Shown: positions 27,555 to 36,780 of the stretch, piece after piece
Layout: each line of letters starts with the position of its first letter
How positions within the stretch are numbered: the first letter of the stretch is position 1
From: Patescibacteria group bacterium
GTDB lineage: Bacteria; Patescibacteriota; Patescibacteriia; SG8-24; DYFX01
Direction of reading: 5' to 3'
Length of the DNA stretch: 64,000 nucleotides
Assembly: GCA_041659045.1 (NCBI GenBank)
Contig: JBAZZB010000001.1
Location: 582,270 to 646,269 of the forward strand
Translations under genes and position numbers: made by a program
Notes under the pieces: generated by a model
Told to the model about the DNA's origin: nothing
The model's database searches: none
Seen by the model: only the letters and a program-made list of their open reading frames with translations

Positions 27555-28655
27555 ATGATTCTTTTTTCTGACCCGACAAATAACGCCATCGGACTCGACG
27601 TGAGCGAGCGCGTTTTCAGGCTGGTTGAAATCCGCAAAGGCCCTTTCTACCGCCGATCGCTTCAATTGCATCGTTATGCGGAAGAACGGCTGCCGGATGG
27701 TCTCGTTGTTGCCGGTGAATTCAAGAAACCCGACGAAGTCGTCACGCATTTAAAGAATCTCCTCAAGAAGGCTTACGGTCGACGCGTAACCCGCGGCGCC
27801 ATCGTTTCGTTGCCGGAAACTCGCACGTTCATCAAAGTTATCAACGTGAAGAAACCGGAGAAGGCCGAAGATATTCCTCGCGCCATCCTCGCCGAGGCCG
27901 AACTCCACATTCCAACGCCGATCGCTGATCTCTACATCGATTGGCAGCATCTTGAAGACCCCGCCACCGTTATTGTCGGAAAACCGATGAGTGTGACGAT
28001 TGGCGCCGCGCCAAAGTTGGTCGTTGATGGTTTTTCCGCGATCCTTGAAGCCACGGGGCTCGTACCAGTCGCCTTCGAAATCGAAGCGCAAGCGATCGTG
28101 CGCAGCGTGATTCCAAAGAGCGACGACGGTACGCGCGCGATTGGTATTATTGATTTCGGCGCCACCCGATCGAGCTTGATTGTCTACGACAAGGGCACGA
28201 TTCAATTTACTGTGAGCATTCCACTTTCTGGTGATGCGGTAACGCAACGCATCTCCGAAGCCTTGTCCGTCGATATTGCCGAAGCCGAGCGCACCAAACG
28301 GCAATGCGGCGTCGACGCCCACAAATGTGGCACTGGTCTTTGGAAGATCATGGAACCGTTCATTTCTGAGATGGCCAGTCGCATCAGCGACGCCGTCGAG
28401 TTTTATCGCGACCACTTTCCGAACGGCCGCGCGCTCGATGAGATTATTCTGTGCGGTGGTGGCGCGAACATGGCGCGCATGGACGAACTCCTGACGGAGA
28501 TCATCAAGACACCCGTCCGAAAGGCTGAACCGTGGGCGAATATCGATGTCGGTCACTCCTCCTTGCCGCCGGAGGTTCTCTTAAGCTCCACGACGTCGAT
28601 CGGCCTGGCACTACGGCAAGCGTTGCAGGAGCCAGCTCGCAAGAAAAAAGTATGA
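27555..28655 (+). CDS. pilM: Type IV pilus assembly protein PilM
   Basis: Actin-like 'IGLDVS', 'IDFGAT', 'ILCGGGA', 'IGLALR'. Confidence 0.9.
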   Translation: MILFSDPTNNAIGLDVSERVFRLVEIRKGPFYRRSLQLHRYAEERLPDGLVVAGEFKKPDEVVTHLKNLLKKAYGRRVTRGAIVSLPETRTFIKVINVKKPEKAEDIPRAILAEAELHIPTPIADLYIDWQHLEDPATVIVGKPMSVTIGAAPKLVVDGFSAILEATGLVPVAFEIEAQAIVRSVIPKSDDGTRAIGIIDFGATRSSLIVYDKGTIQFTVSIPLSGDAVTQRISEALSVDIAEAERTKRQCGVDAHKCGTGLWKIMEPFISEMASRISDAVEFYRDHFPNGRALDEIILCGGGANMARMDELLTEIIKTPVRKAEPWANIDVGHSSLPPEVLLSSTTSIGLALRQALQEPARKKKV

Positions 28656-29206
28656 TCGGGCTTAACCTTCTTTCACCCGCTCAAAAAGACGCGCTGCGCA
28701 TGCGCGTTCTCTACTCCTTGATCGAGCGCTTGATGATTACGCTCGTGTTTTTCACGTTCTTGTCCGGTATTTTGCTCATCCTTACGAAGATTCAGCTTTC
28801 CAAAAACCTGACGGAGATCGAGGCGCGCCAGATTTTGACCGCCGAGTATCTGACAGTCAACGACAGCGTCAAAGCGCTTGAACAGCAAATTGCTCGGATC
28901 GAAACGTTGCAACGCATGGCGATTTCGCCGTCTTCTCTGGTTCGCGATATCGCCGAACGCACGCCCGAAGGCATCGCCGTCACGAGTCTCCGTTTTGATA
29001 TTCCAGGGTCTCTGCTGGAGGTGACCGGTGTCGCGGCCAAGCGCGACGACCTTTTGTCATACGAAACCGCGCTGAAAAAGTCGCCGTTTATCAAACAGCT
29101 CGACTCCCCCATCTCCAACCTGCTTCGCAAAACGGACGTCGATTTCCAATTCGCGATCCAGCTGAATGCTGATGCGATGAAAGAAGCGTACGAAGCCACA
29201 CCATGA
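28652..29206 (+). CDS. pilN: Type IV pilus assembly protein PilN
   Basis: 'LNLLSP' N-terminal motif, TM, coiled coil; follows pilM. Confidence 0.8.
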   Translation: MIGLNLLSPAQKDALRMRVLYSLIERLMITLVFFTFLSGILLILTKIQLSKNLTEIEARQILTAEYLTVNDSVKALEQQIARIETLQRMAISPSSLVRDIAERTPEGIAVTSLRFDIPGSLLEVTGVAAKRDDLLSYETALKKSPFIKQLDSPISNLLRKTDVDFQFAIQLNADAMKEAYEATP

Positions 29207-29757
29207 AACTCCAAAGCGCTAAACTTACCGTCGCGCTCATGGCCGTCAGCGGCGCCATCGCCCTGATCGGTATTGCCGTCTTCTTGATTGTACCTACGCT
29301 TACTGACGTGCGCGGCTTGCGGCAAAGTATCCTGACAGCTCAGGCTGAATTGGAAGCCCAGTACACGAATCGTAAGAACTTGCTTGCGAGCCAAACCAAG
29401 GTTGTGGAAACTCGCGAAACGATGAAGCTTTTGACGACGCAATTCGTTCCCGCCGGTCACGAGCTGGATTTTATTACCGCCGTTGAAGCGTTAGCGGCGG
29501 AGAACGGCGTTACGGAACGTCTTCAGCTTTCAAAGGCCGAGAAGCCTGTCGCACCTGAGCTTGAAAAGCGTTTCGATCTCACGTTGACAGGCCTGTTCCG
29601 CGAATCGCTTCAGACATTGATCGATCTCGAAAAACTTCCGACACTCATGATCATCGAGTCCATGACGGTTCGTCCCGGCGGCAGCTCGGACGGTCCTCCC
29701 ATACTGTCGATTGACGTCCACGGTTCGATTGCCGTGCCTCCCAAAGGGCTTCTATGA
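29203..29757 (+). CDS. pilO: Type IV pilus assembly protein PilO
   Basis: TM + coiled coil + 'LTG...L..LIDLEKLP.L'; follows pilN. Confidence 0.75.
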   Translation: MKLQSAKLTVALMAVSGAIALIGIAVFLIVPTLTDVRGLRQSILTAQAELEAQYTNRKNLLASQTKVVETRETMKLLTTQFVPAGHELDFITAVEALAAENGVTERLQLSKAEKPVAPELEKRFDLTLTGLFRESLQTLIDLEKLPTLMIIESMTVRPGGSSDGPPILSIDVHGSIAVPPKGLL

Positions 29758-30026
29758 AAAAGACGCTTTCCGCCACCGCGATCAATCGCATCTTCAACGT
29801 GGGTCTACTCTTTATCCTCGTGCTGTTCTTGGCGTTTCTAGGCTACGTCTACGTTGCTTACAGTTCAGCCTTGATCGGCGACGTACGTTCCCATGTTGCG
29901 CCGGATCCGCTCAAAGGCCTGCAGACAAAAAAATTCCAAGCGGCCGTTGACCGTCTGGAAGCCCGTACGAATTTGCCGGACGTACCGGCTGGCCTCGCGA
30001 ATCCGTTCGACGCGCCAAAAAAATAA
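29754..30026 (+). CDS. Small membrane protein at the pilP position
   Basis: TM plus C-terminal 'NPF'; overlaps the pilO stop. Confidence 0.6.
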   Translation: MKKTLSATAINRIFNVGLLFILVLFLAFLGYVYVAYSSALIGDVRSHVAPDPLKGLQTKKFQAAVDRLEARTNLPDVPAGLANPFDAPKK

Positions 30027-30028
30027 GC

Positions 30029-31165
30029 CTAACGCGCAAGCGCGTTTCGAAGGGCGTCGATGCAAAGATCGACGTCTTTTTCTTCTGAAGCCCATCCGAA
30101 ACTAATTCGCACGACGGATTTCGCGCGCGCATCATCAAGACCGAGCGCTTTCACGATCAACGAAGCTTCACGGCTGCCGGATTTGCACGCGGAACCCGCC
30201 GCAGTCATGACACCGACACGGCTCAACAAGAGCACGATCCAATCATTCTCCTTGCCAAGGCATTCGATCGTAACCACGTGAGGCGCCACCGGCGTCTCAG
30301 GCGAAAGCAGCGCCTTGGCACCCGACGGAAGCGCTTCCAAAAAACGCGCGCGCAGTTTTTGATACCGCTCAATCTCGGAAACACGCGCGCGCTGCAATGC
30401 TTCGGAGGCCGCGCCGAACCCAAGAATACCGGGAACATTTTCCGTGCCGGATCGCAAACCGCTCTCGTGCCCACCACCGGTCAGTAGCGGAGCGAGTTTT
30501 ACACCTCGGCGGATCACGAGCGCGCCAACACCTTTCGGCCCGCCGATCTTATGTGCGGAAATCGTCAGAACATCCGCGCGCGTCGAGGACATCGTTATGT
30601 CAGTCGAAACAACGGCTTGTACCGCATCGACGTGGAAAAACGGCTTGTGCGGCAATGCAGCCAAGGCCTTGCCGATCGCTTCCACCGGTTGCCGGCTACC
30701 GAGCTCATTGGAGGCAGCGATAACCGACACGAGCATTGTTTCGGCACGCACCGCCGAGAGAATATCTTCAACACGCACAACGCCATCCTTGCCTGGCGCC
30801 ACAATGGTCAGCTCAAGTCCACGCGCCGCAAGTGATTCAAATGTTTTCAACACCGAAGCATGCTCAAGTGCTGTCGTAATCGCGTGTGGGCGCTCACCAG
30901 CATTCAGCAGAGACTCAAGAATGCCGCGCAGAGCCAGGTTGTTCGCCTCCGTCGCGCCGGACGTAAAAACAATTTCAGACACATCAGCTCCAACAAGAGC
31001 TGCGACGGACACACGCGCTGTTTCAACGCGTTTGCGCGCCTCTTGGCCGAGGGCGTGAATGGCTGACGGATTCGCGTATGTTTCAAGCGACGCCGAAAAC
31101 GCCTCGACGGTTTCTGGTCGAAGCGGCGAACTGGCAGCGTTATCGAGATACGCAATGCGTTCCAT
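30029..31165 (-). CDS. iscS: Cysteine desulfurase (IscS/NifS class)
   Basis: 'YLDNAAS', 'ANPS', 'FTSGATE', 'EHASV', 'HVDAVQ', 'SAHKIGGPKG', 'GSAC'. Confidence 0.93.
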   Translation of the reverse strand: MERIAYLDNAASSPLRPETVEAFSASLETYANPSAIHALGQEARKRVETARVSVAALVGADVSEIVFTSGATEANNLALRGILESLLNAGERPHAITTALEHASVLKTFESLAARGLELTIVAPGKDGVVRVEDILSAVRAETMLVSVIAASNELGSRQPVEAIGKALAALPHKPFFHVDAVQAVVSTDITMSSTRADVLTISAHKIGGPKGVGALVIRRGVKLAPLLTGGGHESGLRSGTENVPGILGFGAASEALQRARVSEIERYQKLRARFLEALPSGAKALLSPETPVAPHVVTIECLGKENDWIVLLLSRVGVMTAAGSACKSGSREASLIVKALGLDDARAKSVVRISFGWASEEKDVDLCIDALRNALAR

Positions 31166-31167
31166 AC

Positions 31168-31392
31168 TTATTCGGCAATTACGGAGGTGATCCAAGGAAA
31201 CGTTTTTTTGAGAAGCGGTTCGACACCGAGTTTAAGCGTCACGGGAGCAAGCGCGCAGTGTCCGCAAGCGCCGCGAAAACTCAATTTGACGATGCCCGCA
31301 ACTTCATCAATCGAAGCGATTTCAATCTCGCCACCATGCGCGCGCACGGCTGGCCGGATCTGTTCAAGAACCTCGTCGAGTTTCGCGTGCAT
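31168..31392 (-). CDS. NifU C-terminal domain protein
   Basis: 'IRPAVRAHGGEIE...GACGHC'. Confidence 0.88.
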   Translation of the reverse strand: MHAKLDEVLEQIRPAVRAHGGEIEIASIDEVAGIVKLSFRGACGHCALAPVTLKLGVEPLLKKTFPWITSVIAE

Positions 31393-31469
31393 ATCGAACG
31401 AGGATAGCGGTTTTTCGTATCTTTGTAAAGTGTGTCGCACTCAAATGAAAAAGCCTGACCTGAGACAGT

Positions 31470-32195
31470 TCAGGGCAGGCCGATGCGACGCTTGATGGAA
31501 TCAAGCACGGGGTGGAACGAATTCGTCACGTGCACTTCTCCCATGATGTCGAGCGCGCGAAGCTTCTCGGCGGCCTCGTCGGTTTCCGCAATGCCGATTC
31601 GGTGCTCCTTGAGGTGACCGATATGCCGGTCACCGCCAGTGTCACCGGCGCCGATGAGACGTTCGTGCGGCACGCCGTGCGTGTCCGCAAAGTGGCGCGA
31701 GCGCTCACCCTTTTGCTCCGGAATCGTCAGCGTCTCTTCGACGTAACCGACGACGAGATCACCGTCATGGATCAAGCGACCCGCGTAGACCGCGTCGATC
31801 TGGAGGCCGTGACGCATCGCGATGTACTCGATGAAATCAGCGCAACCATAGGAGACGGCGCAGGTGCGAAGCCCAACGGACACGCACCAGGCGTACGTCT
31901 CGACGACTCCGTCGCGCAAGACAACGTTGTCGAGCGCGGCTTGCCACGCCTGACGTGTCACGCGATGGGTGACATACATGTCGAGCGTCCTCTGAAGCCA
32001 CTCCATCTCCTGTTCTGGTGTCAACCGACCAGTAGAGGCCGGCGTCGTGAAGCGCGCACGGAGCGCGATCATCTCATCGTTGGCTTCGGATGGCAGGGCG
32101 TAGTCGTCCACGACCTGCACCAACGCCGTCTGCTTCTTGGTCGTCCAAGTACCGTCGACATCAGAGGCAAACAGCCAATTCCGTGGGTTTCGCAT
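31470..32195 (-). CDS. HAD-superfamily hydrolase (phosphoserine phosphatase-like)
   Basis: 'SDVDGT' motif I, 'VSYG' motif II, Lys motif III, 'GDTGGD' motif IV; AGGAG SD. Confidence 0.85.
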   Translation of the reverse strand: MRNPRNWLFASDVDGTWTTKKQTALVQVVDDYALPSEANDEMIALRARFTTPASTGRLTPEQEMEWLQRTLDMYVTHRVTRQAWQAALDNVVLRDGVVETYAWCVSVGLRTCAVSYGCADFIEYIAMRHGLQIDAVYAGRLIHDGDLVVGYVEETLTIPEQKGERSRHFADTHGVPHERLIGAGDTGGDRHIGHLKEHRIGIAETDEAAEKLRALDIMGEVHVTNSFHPVLDSIKRRIGLP

Positions 32196-32301
32196 CGTGG
32201 AACTCCTGACAAGTTGTGATGGGACTCGCGTTGCCTTACGTTAAAGAAAACGCCCATCGAAGTCAATCGACGGGCGTTTTTCATGATGCACAGCGGCACT
32301 C

Positions 32302-32330
32302 TTGACAGAATCGTTTTTTCCACGTATATT
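32302..32330 (+). promoter_or_regulatory. Near-consensus sigma70 promoter with no convincing downstream CDS
   Basis: TTGACA-17 bp-TATATT. Confidence 0.65.
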
Positions 32331-32335
32331 CTCTC

Positions 32336-32535
32336 GTCATGCTCGAGGTGGAACCATTCTGCCGAAAGAGCATGGCATATCCCCGCCATCGCTCCTTCAC
32401 TCGGTCCACGACCGAGCACGCAGACCCATAATTTTCCGAGCCTGACTCACTTACAAGTGGGAAGGAATCGAGAACGAAAATGGGTATTCTCATCCACTTC
32501 AATTGAGCCAAGGTTGATCACCCGGCTCTATTTTG
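32336..32535 (+). ncRNA. Candidate structured non-coding RNA, ~195 nt
   Basis: Starts 6 nt after the -10 box; successive stems GTCATGCTC/GAGCATGGC, CTCGGTC/GACCGAG, long ACCCA...TGGGT hairpin, and GAGCC/GGCTC + T-rich tail. Confidence 0.45.
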
Positions 32536-33295
32536 TTTCTGCCAAACCTGCCTGCATCCATGCAAGCTCAAAAAGTGTTCGTACCATTGTCGCCATTTCT
32601 TTACTATGGATAATGACCCCGACAATTTTGCCCTTCAAGGCAACCATAGAGACCATGTCACCGTAAACAGTGAGCTCACCGTGCATAGGAAACTGGTTCT
32701 TTGAAAGCCTGCGGTACTGCCAATGTGAACCTCCCTCGGAGGGCGGATCATATTTTGTCTCAGAAGAAAAAATAACTCGACCTTTAATTTTTCTTTCGGA
32801 CATACGCTTGTTGTGTTTTTTCCAATGGTTCTCAGGGAGCAGGTGTCGAATATCATCAATCGACACGATATCATCGATATGTGTCGCATTTGATACAAAG
32901 AAAATTTCCCTCATCGCTTCTAAACCCTCCTCACCTTCATAAAAAGAAACCTTTGGCCTCTCTCCTGCAGCATCAGATATAGCTTCAAGATCAGGTAGCA
33001 GTCGTTTAATAACCGACTCTTTTTCATCAACAACTGCGCGTTCATGATGCACAATACGGTGCAGCCTCTCAGGCTTTTCCGCGGTGTATAGTGACTTTTT
33101 TCCTTTTTCAAAAGTGCTCATCAGACCCTTTTGTAGTAACGCCTCAATCATTACGTATGTAGTCGCACGATTTACATCGGCTTTTCTGGCAATAACCTGC
33201 ACTGGAGATGGACCTAATTCCAAAGAGGCCAGATAGACCAAGGCTTCTTTGTCAGACAATCCCAACTTTTCAAGTTCGCGTGCAAACGATTTCAT
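32528..33295 (-). CDS. TrmB-family transcriptional regulator
   Basis: 'LGLSDKEALVYLASLELG...IARKADVNRATTY', 'FYEGEEGL'; visibly AT-rich. Confidence 0.88.
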   Translation of the reverse strand: MKSFARELEKLGLSDKEALVYLASLELGPSPVQVIARKADVNRATTYVMIEALLQKGLMSTFEKGKKSLYTAEKPERLHRIVHHERAVVDEKESVIKRLLPDLEAISDAAGERPKVSFYEGEEGLEAMREIFFVSNATHIDDIVSIDDIRHLLPENHWKKHNKRMSERKIKGRVIFSSETKYDPPSEGGSHWQYRRLSKNQFPMHGELTVYGDMVSMVALKGKIVGVIIHSKEMATMVRTLFELAWMQAGLAETK

Positions 33296-33344
33296 ACCAA
33301 AAATGAGGTCAGCCAATTTATCAACCTGTTTATACTAACAAACA

Positions 33345-34136
33345 TTATCTTGGATGTAAATTCTTTGCCGCATTTGAATTCCAGATTGTATCGAACATGA
33401 TCTTGGCCAACTTTGCCGTATCTGTATTCTTGATAATACAGCCGTGGGGGACTTCTGCGTACGAAACTAACACAATATAATCACCAAAAATCGCAACTTC
33501 GCTACTCGTCTTCGTATCGTTACTTGATAATACTTTGTATTGCGACCTTAGGTTTTTAACGAATGGCCTCCAAGTCTTAAGCCTGCGGGGGTCACCGATC
33601 ATTAGTTGACGCTTTGAAATTCGCTTTGCGTTAAGGTCAAGATTGTAGTTAACAGATTTATCTGCTGGCAATTTGTTATACCCAACGATTGCCACGCTCT
33701 GAAACATCATGACATCAAAACTCTTTACCCCGGAATCAATCAGCGTTTTTTGTAAAATTTTAAGCCCGTCCCAACCATCATAGTATTTAACTTCCATCTT
33801 CTCACCCGTAACTGAAATTAGCGATTCAAGTCCTGGCAACAACGATTTCAGCTTTGATTCGCGTTCCGAGAGTTTCTTTTTTTCTTCTTCAACGAGACGC
33901 AAAAGCTGGGCGGGGCGTTCTGCCTGAAAAAACTGCTTCTTCCCCCTTGTGTGGGAGCTCATGAGACCGCGTTTGACGAGGCCGCCGATGGCGACGTAGG
34001 CGGTCGGGCGGACGACGGCGGCTTTGGCGGCGAGCTGCTGGGCGGTGGCCGCGCCAATTTCAAGAGAGGCCGTATAGACCTTTACCTCGTTGGCGCTGAG
34101 ACCCAGCTCTTCCAATTGTTTTTGGACGGAATCCAT
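33345..34136 (-). CDS. TrmB-family transcriptional regulator
   Basis: 'LGLSANEVKVYTASLEIG...RPTAY', 'YYDGWDGL'. Confidence 0.88.
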   Translation of the reverse strand: MDSVQKQLEELGLSANEVKVYTASLEIGAATAQQLAAKAAVVRPTAYVAIGGLVKRGLMSSHTRGKKQFFQAERPAQLLRLVEEEKKKLSERESKLKSLLPGLESLISVTGEKMEVKYYDGWDGLKILQKTLIDSGVKSFDVMMFQSVAIVGYNKLPADKSVNYNLDLNAKRISKRQLMIGDPRRLKTWRPFVKNLRSQYKVLSSNDTKTSSEVAIFGDYIVLVSYAEVPHGCIIKNTDTAKLAKIMFDTIWNSNAAKNLHPR

Positions 34137-34166
34137 ATCGTAGTCACAGAATAGCATGTTTCTTCA

Positions 34167-34190
34167 AAAGTGTCAAACACTTGACACTTT
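34167..34190. promoter_or_regulatory. Perfect 10-bp inverted repeat formed by back-to-back -35 boxes; possible operator
   Basis: AAAGTGTCAA-acac-TTGACACTTT; on the minus strand TTGACA-17-TATTCT precedes trmB. Confidence 0.6.
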
Positions 34191-34236
34191 ATGAACAGGT
34201 GTGATAGGCAATGCGCACGATATGTTATCCACTTCT

Positions 34237-34857
34237 ATGGACCCCTTACCGCCCTACTGGGACGCCGTCGCGCCGCGCTGGGATGCGCTGCTCGCCGACG
34301 CTTCATCCTTCACGAACCATCAGGAAAGCTTTAGGCGCTTCCACTGGTTCTTGAAACGTGCGCTCAAAATTGGAAACCGCACGAAATCGTACCGCCTCCT
34401 TGATCTCGCCTGCGGCACAGGGGAAGCATCTTGGCCGCTTTGGAAGCGCGTGGCGTCCGTCACGTTCCTCGACCGATCAACGAGCATGCTTCGCGCAGCG
34501 CGGAACAAATATCCAAAAGGTATCTTCGTGCGCGGCGACGCCTCCTCTCTCCCCTTCCTGGACGCGGAGTTCGATGTTGTTATTTCAAGAGGTGCCGTGC
34601 TCTCCCAACTCGAATCCGAGCAGCTCGCCTCCGCGCTGGCGCATATTTGGAGGATTCTTCGAGCGCAAGGATATTTCTTTTTTGATTTCGTGACGAACCC
34701 AGCGCTCGTTCCCGCGCCCGAAGGCGTCTATCGCACTGGCTGGCGCCGCCAAGACATCGAAGATTTGCTGAAGCGGCATCTACCCGGGGTGACGATTCTG
34801 GCCTACGACGGCACCGAAGCGCACGCCTTCAATCGCGTCCTTGTGAGAAAGCCTTGA
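34237..34857 (+). CDS. Class I SAM-dependent methyltransferase
   Basis: 'LLDLACGTG', 'LDRSTSML', 'GDASSLPF...FDVVIS'; alternative starts at 34201/34222. Confidence 0.88.
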   Translation: MDPLPPYWDAVAPRWDALLADASSFTNHQESFRRFHWFLKRALKIGNRTKSYRLLDLACGTGEASWPLWKRVASVTFLDRSTSMLRAARNKYPKGIFVRGDASSLPFLDAEFDVVISRGAVLSQLESEQLASALAHIWRILRAQGYFFFDFVTNPALVPAPEGVYRTGWRRQDIEDLLKRHLPGVTILAYDGTEAHAFNRVLVRKP

Positions 34858-34858
34858 T

Positions 34859-35425
34859 ATGGCAAAGCGTGAGTTTGTCCTACCTGTTGATGCTTCCTCG
34901 GCGCGCGAAGCTCTGCGCACCGTCTGCAACCCCGTAAAACGCTCTCAGATCGACGATTCCCTCTTTCGGGGCCCTGATAACATCACGGCTCGTTTGCGCC
35001 GCCAGGACACCGTTACGCGCCTTAGTTGCACGCACCCAAGTGCTCTGTCCGATGCGCCGGAAACCGTCGTTTTGGATTATCGAGCCTGCCAGCGTCTTTT
35101 GGAGCTTTTAGGGTTTGAAGCCGTCGACCGCGTCCGCTTCTCACGCGAAACGTGGCGCCAATGCCAATACCTCATCCACCTCGATCGTACCGAGGCTTTG
35201 GGCGACTATTTAACAGTTGAAGCCGAGGTTGGAAGCGCCTCGCACCAGAACTATCGGCGACAGGTCTTGAAGTTCCTTAGAAATATGGGTATTTTGCCTT
35301 TAGAACCTGGTAGTTACCCGGTGGACAAGCCCGGTCTTTATGGGGTTGACAGTTCCACCGACCTTCCCTATACTGCCCCTATCGTCCCGGGCCGTTCGGA
35401 GCAATTCGAACCCCAAGGGACCTAA
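34859..35425 (+). CDS. Degenerate CYTH-domain protein
   Basis: 'RLRR', 'E..V.D......LLELLGF', 'RETW', '[14 protein letters not shown]', 'SY'; ExExK motif absent. Confidence 0.65.
   Translation: MAKREFVLPVDASSAREALRTVCNPVKRSQIDDSLFRGPDNITARLRRQDTVTRLSCTHPSALSDAPETVVLDYRACQRLLELLGFEAVDRVRFSRETWRQCQYLIHLDRTEALGDYLTVEAEVGSASHQNYRRQVLKFLRNMGILPLEPGSYPVDKPGLYGVDSSTDLPYTAPIVPGRSEQFEPQGT
35346..35374 (+). promoter_or_regulatory. sigma70 promoter of rpmA
   Basis: TTGACA-17-TATACT inside the 3' end of the upstream CDS. Confidence 0.75.
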
Positions 35426-35436
35426 AACACTCTGGT

Positions 35437-35724
35437 ATGGCAACAAAAAAAGCAGGCGGCTCTACACAACTTGGCCGCGATTCCATCTCCAAGCGCTTGG
35501 GCGTCAAGCTCTCTGGCGGCTCGGTGGCCAAAGTCGGAGCGATCATCGTTCGCCAGCGCGGTACCAAGGTCCACCCGGGCCTGAACACCAAGCGCGCCGG
35601 AGACGACACGATCTTCGCAACGGCGCACGGCAAGGTTCGCTTCGTCACTCGCAAGGCTCGCCGTTTCGACGGCACCTTGAAAGCGCGGACGTACGTCCAC
35701 GTTGACGAGAAAAGCGCCAAGTAA
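35437..35724 (+). CDS. rpmA: 50S ribosomal protein L27
   Basis: '[22 protein letters not shown]', '[12 protein letters not shown]'. Confidence 0.98.
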   Translation: MATKKAGGSTQLGRDSISKRLGVKLSGGSVAKVGAIIVRQRGTKVHPGLNTKRAGDDTIFATAHGKVRFVTRKARRFDGTLKARTYVHVDEKSAK

Positions 35725-35759
35725 GAAAAAACCGGCCCTTCATGAAGGCCGGTTTTTTC
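35725..35759. terminator. Rho-independent terminator after rpmA
   Basis: GAAAAAACCGGCC...GGCCGGTTTTTTC. Confidence 0.85.
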
Positions 35760-35790
35760 GTATTGAAAAACTCCCGGCCATGACCGGGAG

Positions 35791-36333
35791 TCAGCATTCC
35801 TCTGCAGAAATTGATGCCGTCGCTTCTTGTGCCGGCTCGCCGGCGAAGAGCTCGTACTCGCCGAGGCCTGCTGCAGAACTGCGTCTCCCTAGCCTCCGCG
35901 CCGGAAAGAAACCGAGCGTGCGTTTCTGCTTGCTCTCTTTGCGGTACATGAAGCGCAGCAGGCCGACGTAGCCGTTCATCAGGACCGGCTGCGGCAGCGT
36001 GAGACCAGTGGCCACGCACCCCGCCTCCGGGTACTGCCCGAGCAGGGCCAGGAACGCGTGCGAAGAAATCGGCTCATGCCCCTCCTCCATCAACAACTCG
36101 AGAGCACGGATGTCGCTGATGCTCAGTGCACGTGGTCGCACGAGCGCGAAGAGCGTGATCGAGACGATCCTCAGCTCTGAAATCACTTCGAGTCGGAAGT
36201 GATCGCTGACGCGATCCAGGCCGCCGAACACAGGATCCTGTTCGAGCGCGACGTTCGCGGCCGCCAGGAGATCTTCGTACCGATCGTCGGGTCTGATGCG
36301 CACGGAAAACGTCTGTCTGCGTTGGAACGTCAA
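35791..36333 (-). CDS. Hypothetical protein, 180 aa
   Basis: AGGAGGT SD before TTG; promoter TTGCCA-17-TAGCTT; hairpin at 35771-35790. Confidence 0.65.
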   Translation of the reverse strand: MTFQRRQTFSVRIRPDDRYEDLLAAANVALEQDPVFGGLDRVSDHFRLEVISELRIVSITLFALVRPRALSISDIRALELLMEEGHEPISSHAFLALLGQYPEAGCVATGLTLPQPVLMNGYVGLLRFMYRKESKQKRTLGFFPARRLGRRSSAAGLGEYELFAGEPAQEATASISAEEC

Positions 36334-36441
36334 AGGTCACCTCCTAGTCGGAAGCTACCACTTCTCCGTGTCGCTGGCAACGCTGTGTGTCGGATTGACT
36401 CAGGTGCCATTCTGCGCTAGGTTCGATTCCAAGGAGCGCCC

Positions 36442-36771
36442 ATGACACGACCTCTCGCCCCCGCTGCAAGCGAAACACTGATCTTGCTCGAGCTCTGTCG
36501 CGGTATCGGAGACGCTCTCGAACTTCGGAAGCGCCTAGCGGCGCGCATGACGCCCTCGCCGCCGCCGACCAAGAACACTTTCTATAACGGCCTCAACCGA
36601 CTGTTGAAAAGCGGTCTCGTGGAAAGCACGCAGGAGAAGGCGCCGCTTCGCCGAGGTCGTGAAGGACATCCGCGCACGTTCTTCTCCATCACGTCTGCCG
36701 GCAAAACAGAAGCGCAGCGCATCTCTGACGCGCTGCGCAAAACTCTTCTTCCGCCTCAAGTCCAACTTTGA
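36442..36771 (+). CDS. PadR-like winged-helix regulator
   Basis: 'TFYNGLNRLLKSGLVES...RTFFSITSAGK'; AAGGAG SD; promoter TTGACT-17-TAGGTT. Confidence 0.78.
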   Translation: MTRPLAPAASETLILLELCRGIGDALELRKRLAARMTPSPPPTKNTFYNGLNRLLKSGLVESTQEKAPLRRGREGHPRTFFSITSAGKTEAQRISDALRKTLLPPQVQL

Positions 36772-36780
36772 GGCTTTTTT

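Noticed and set aside
32069-32666. Short ORFs across the HAD-trmB intergenic region
   Set aside because: They cross promoters and hairpins, overlap real genes and lack motifs or proper initiation signals.
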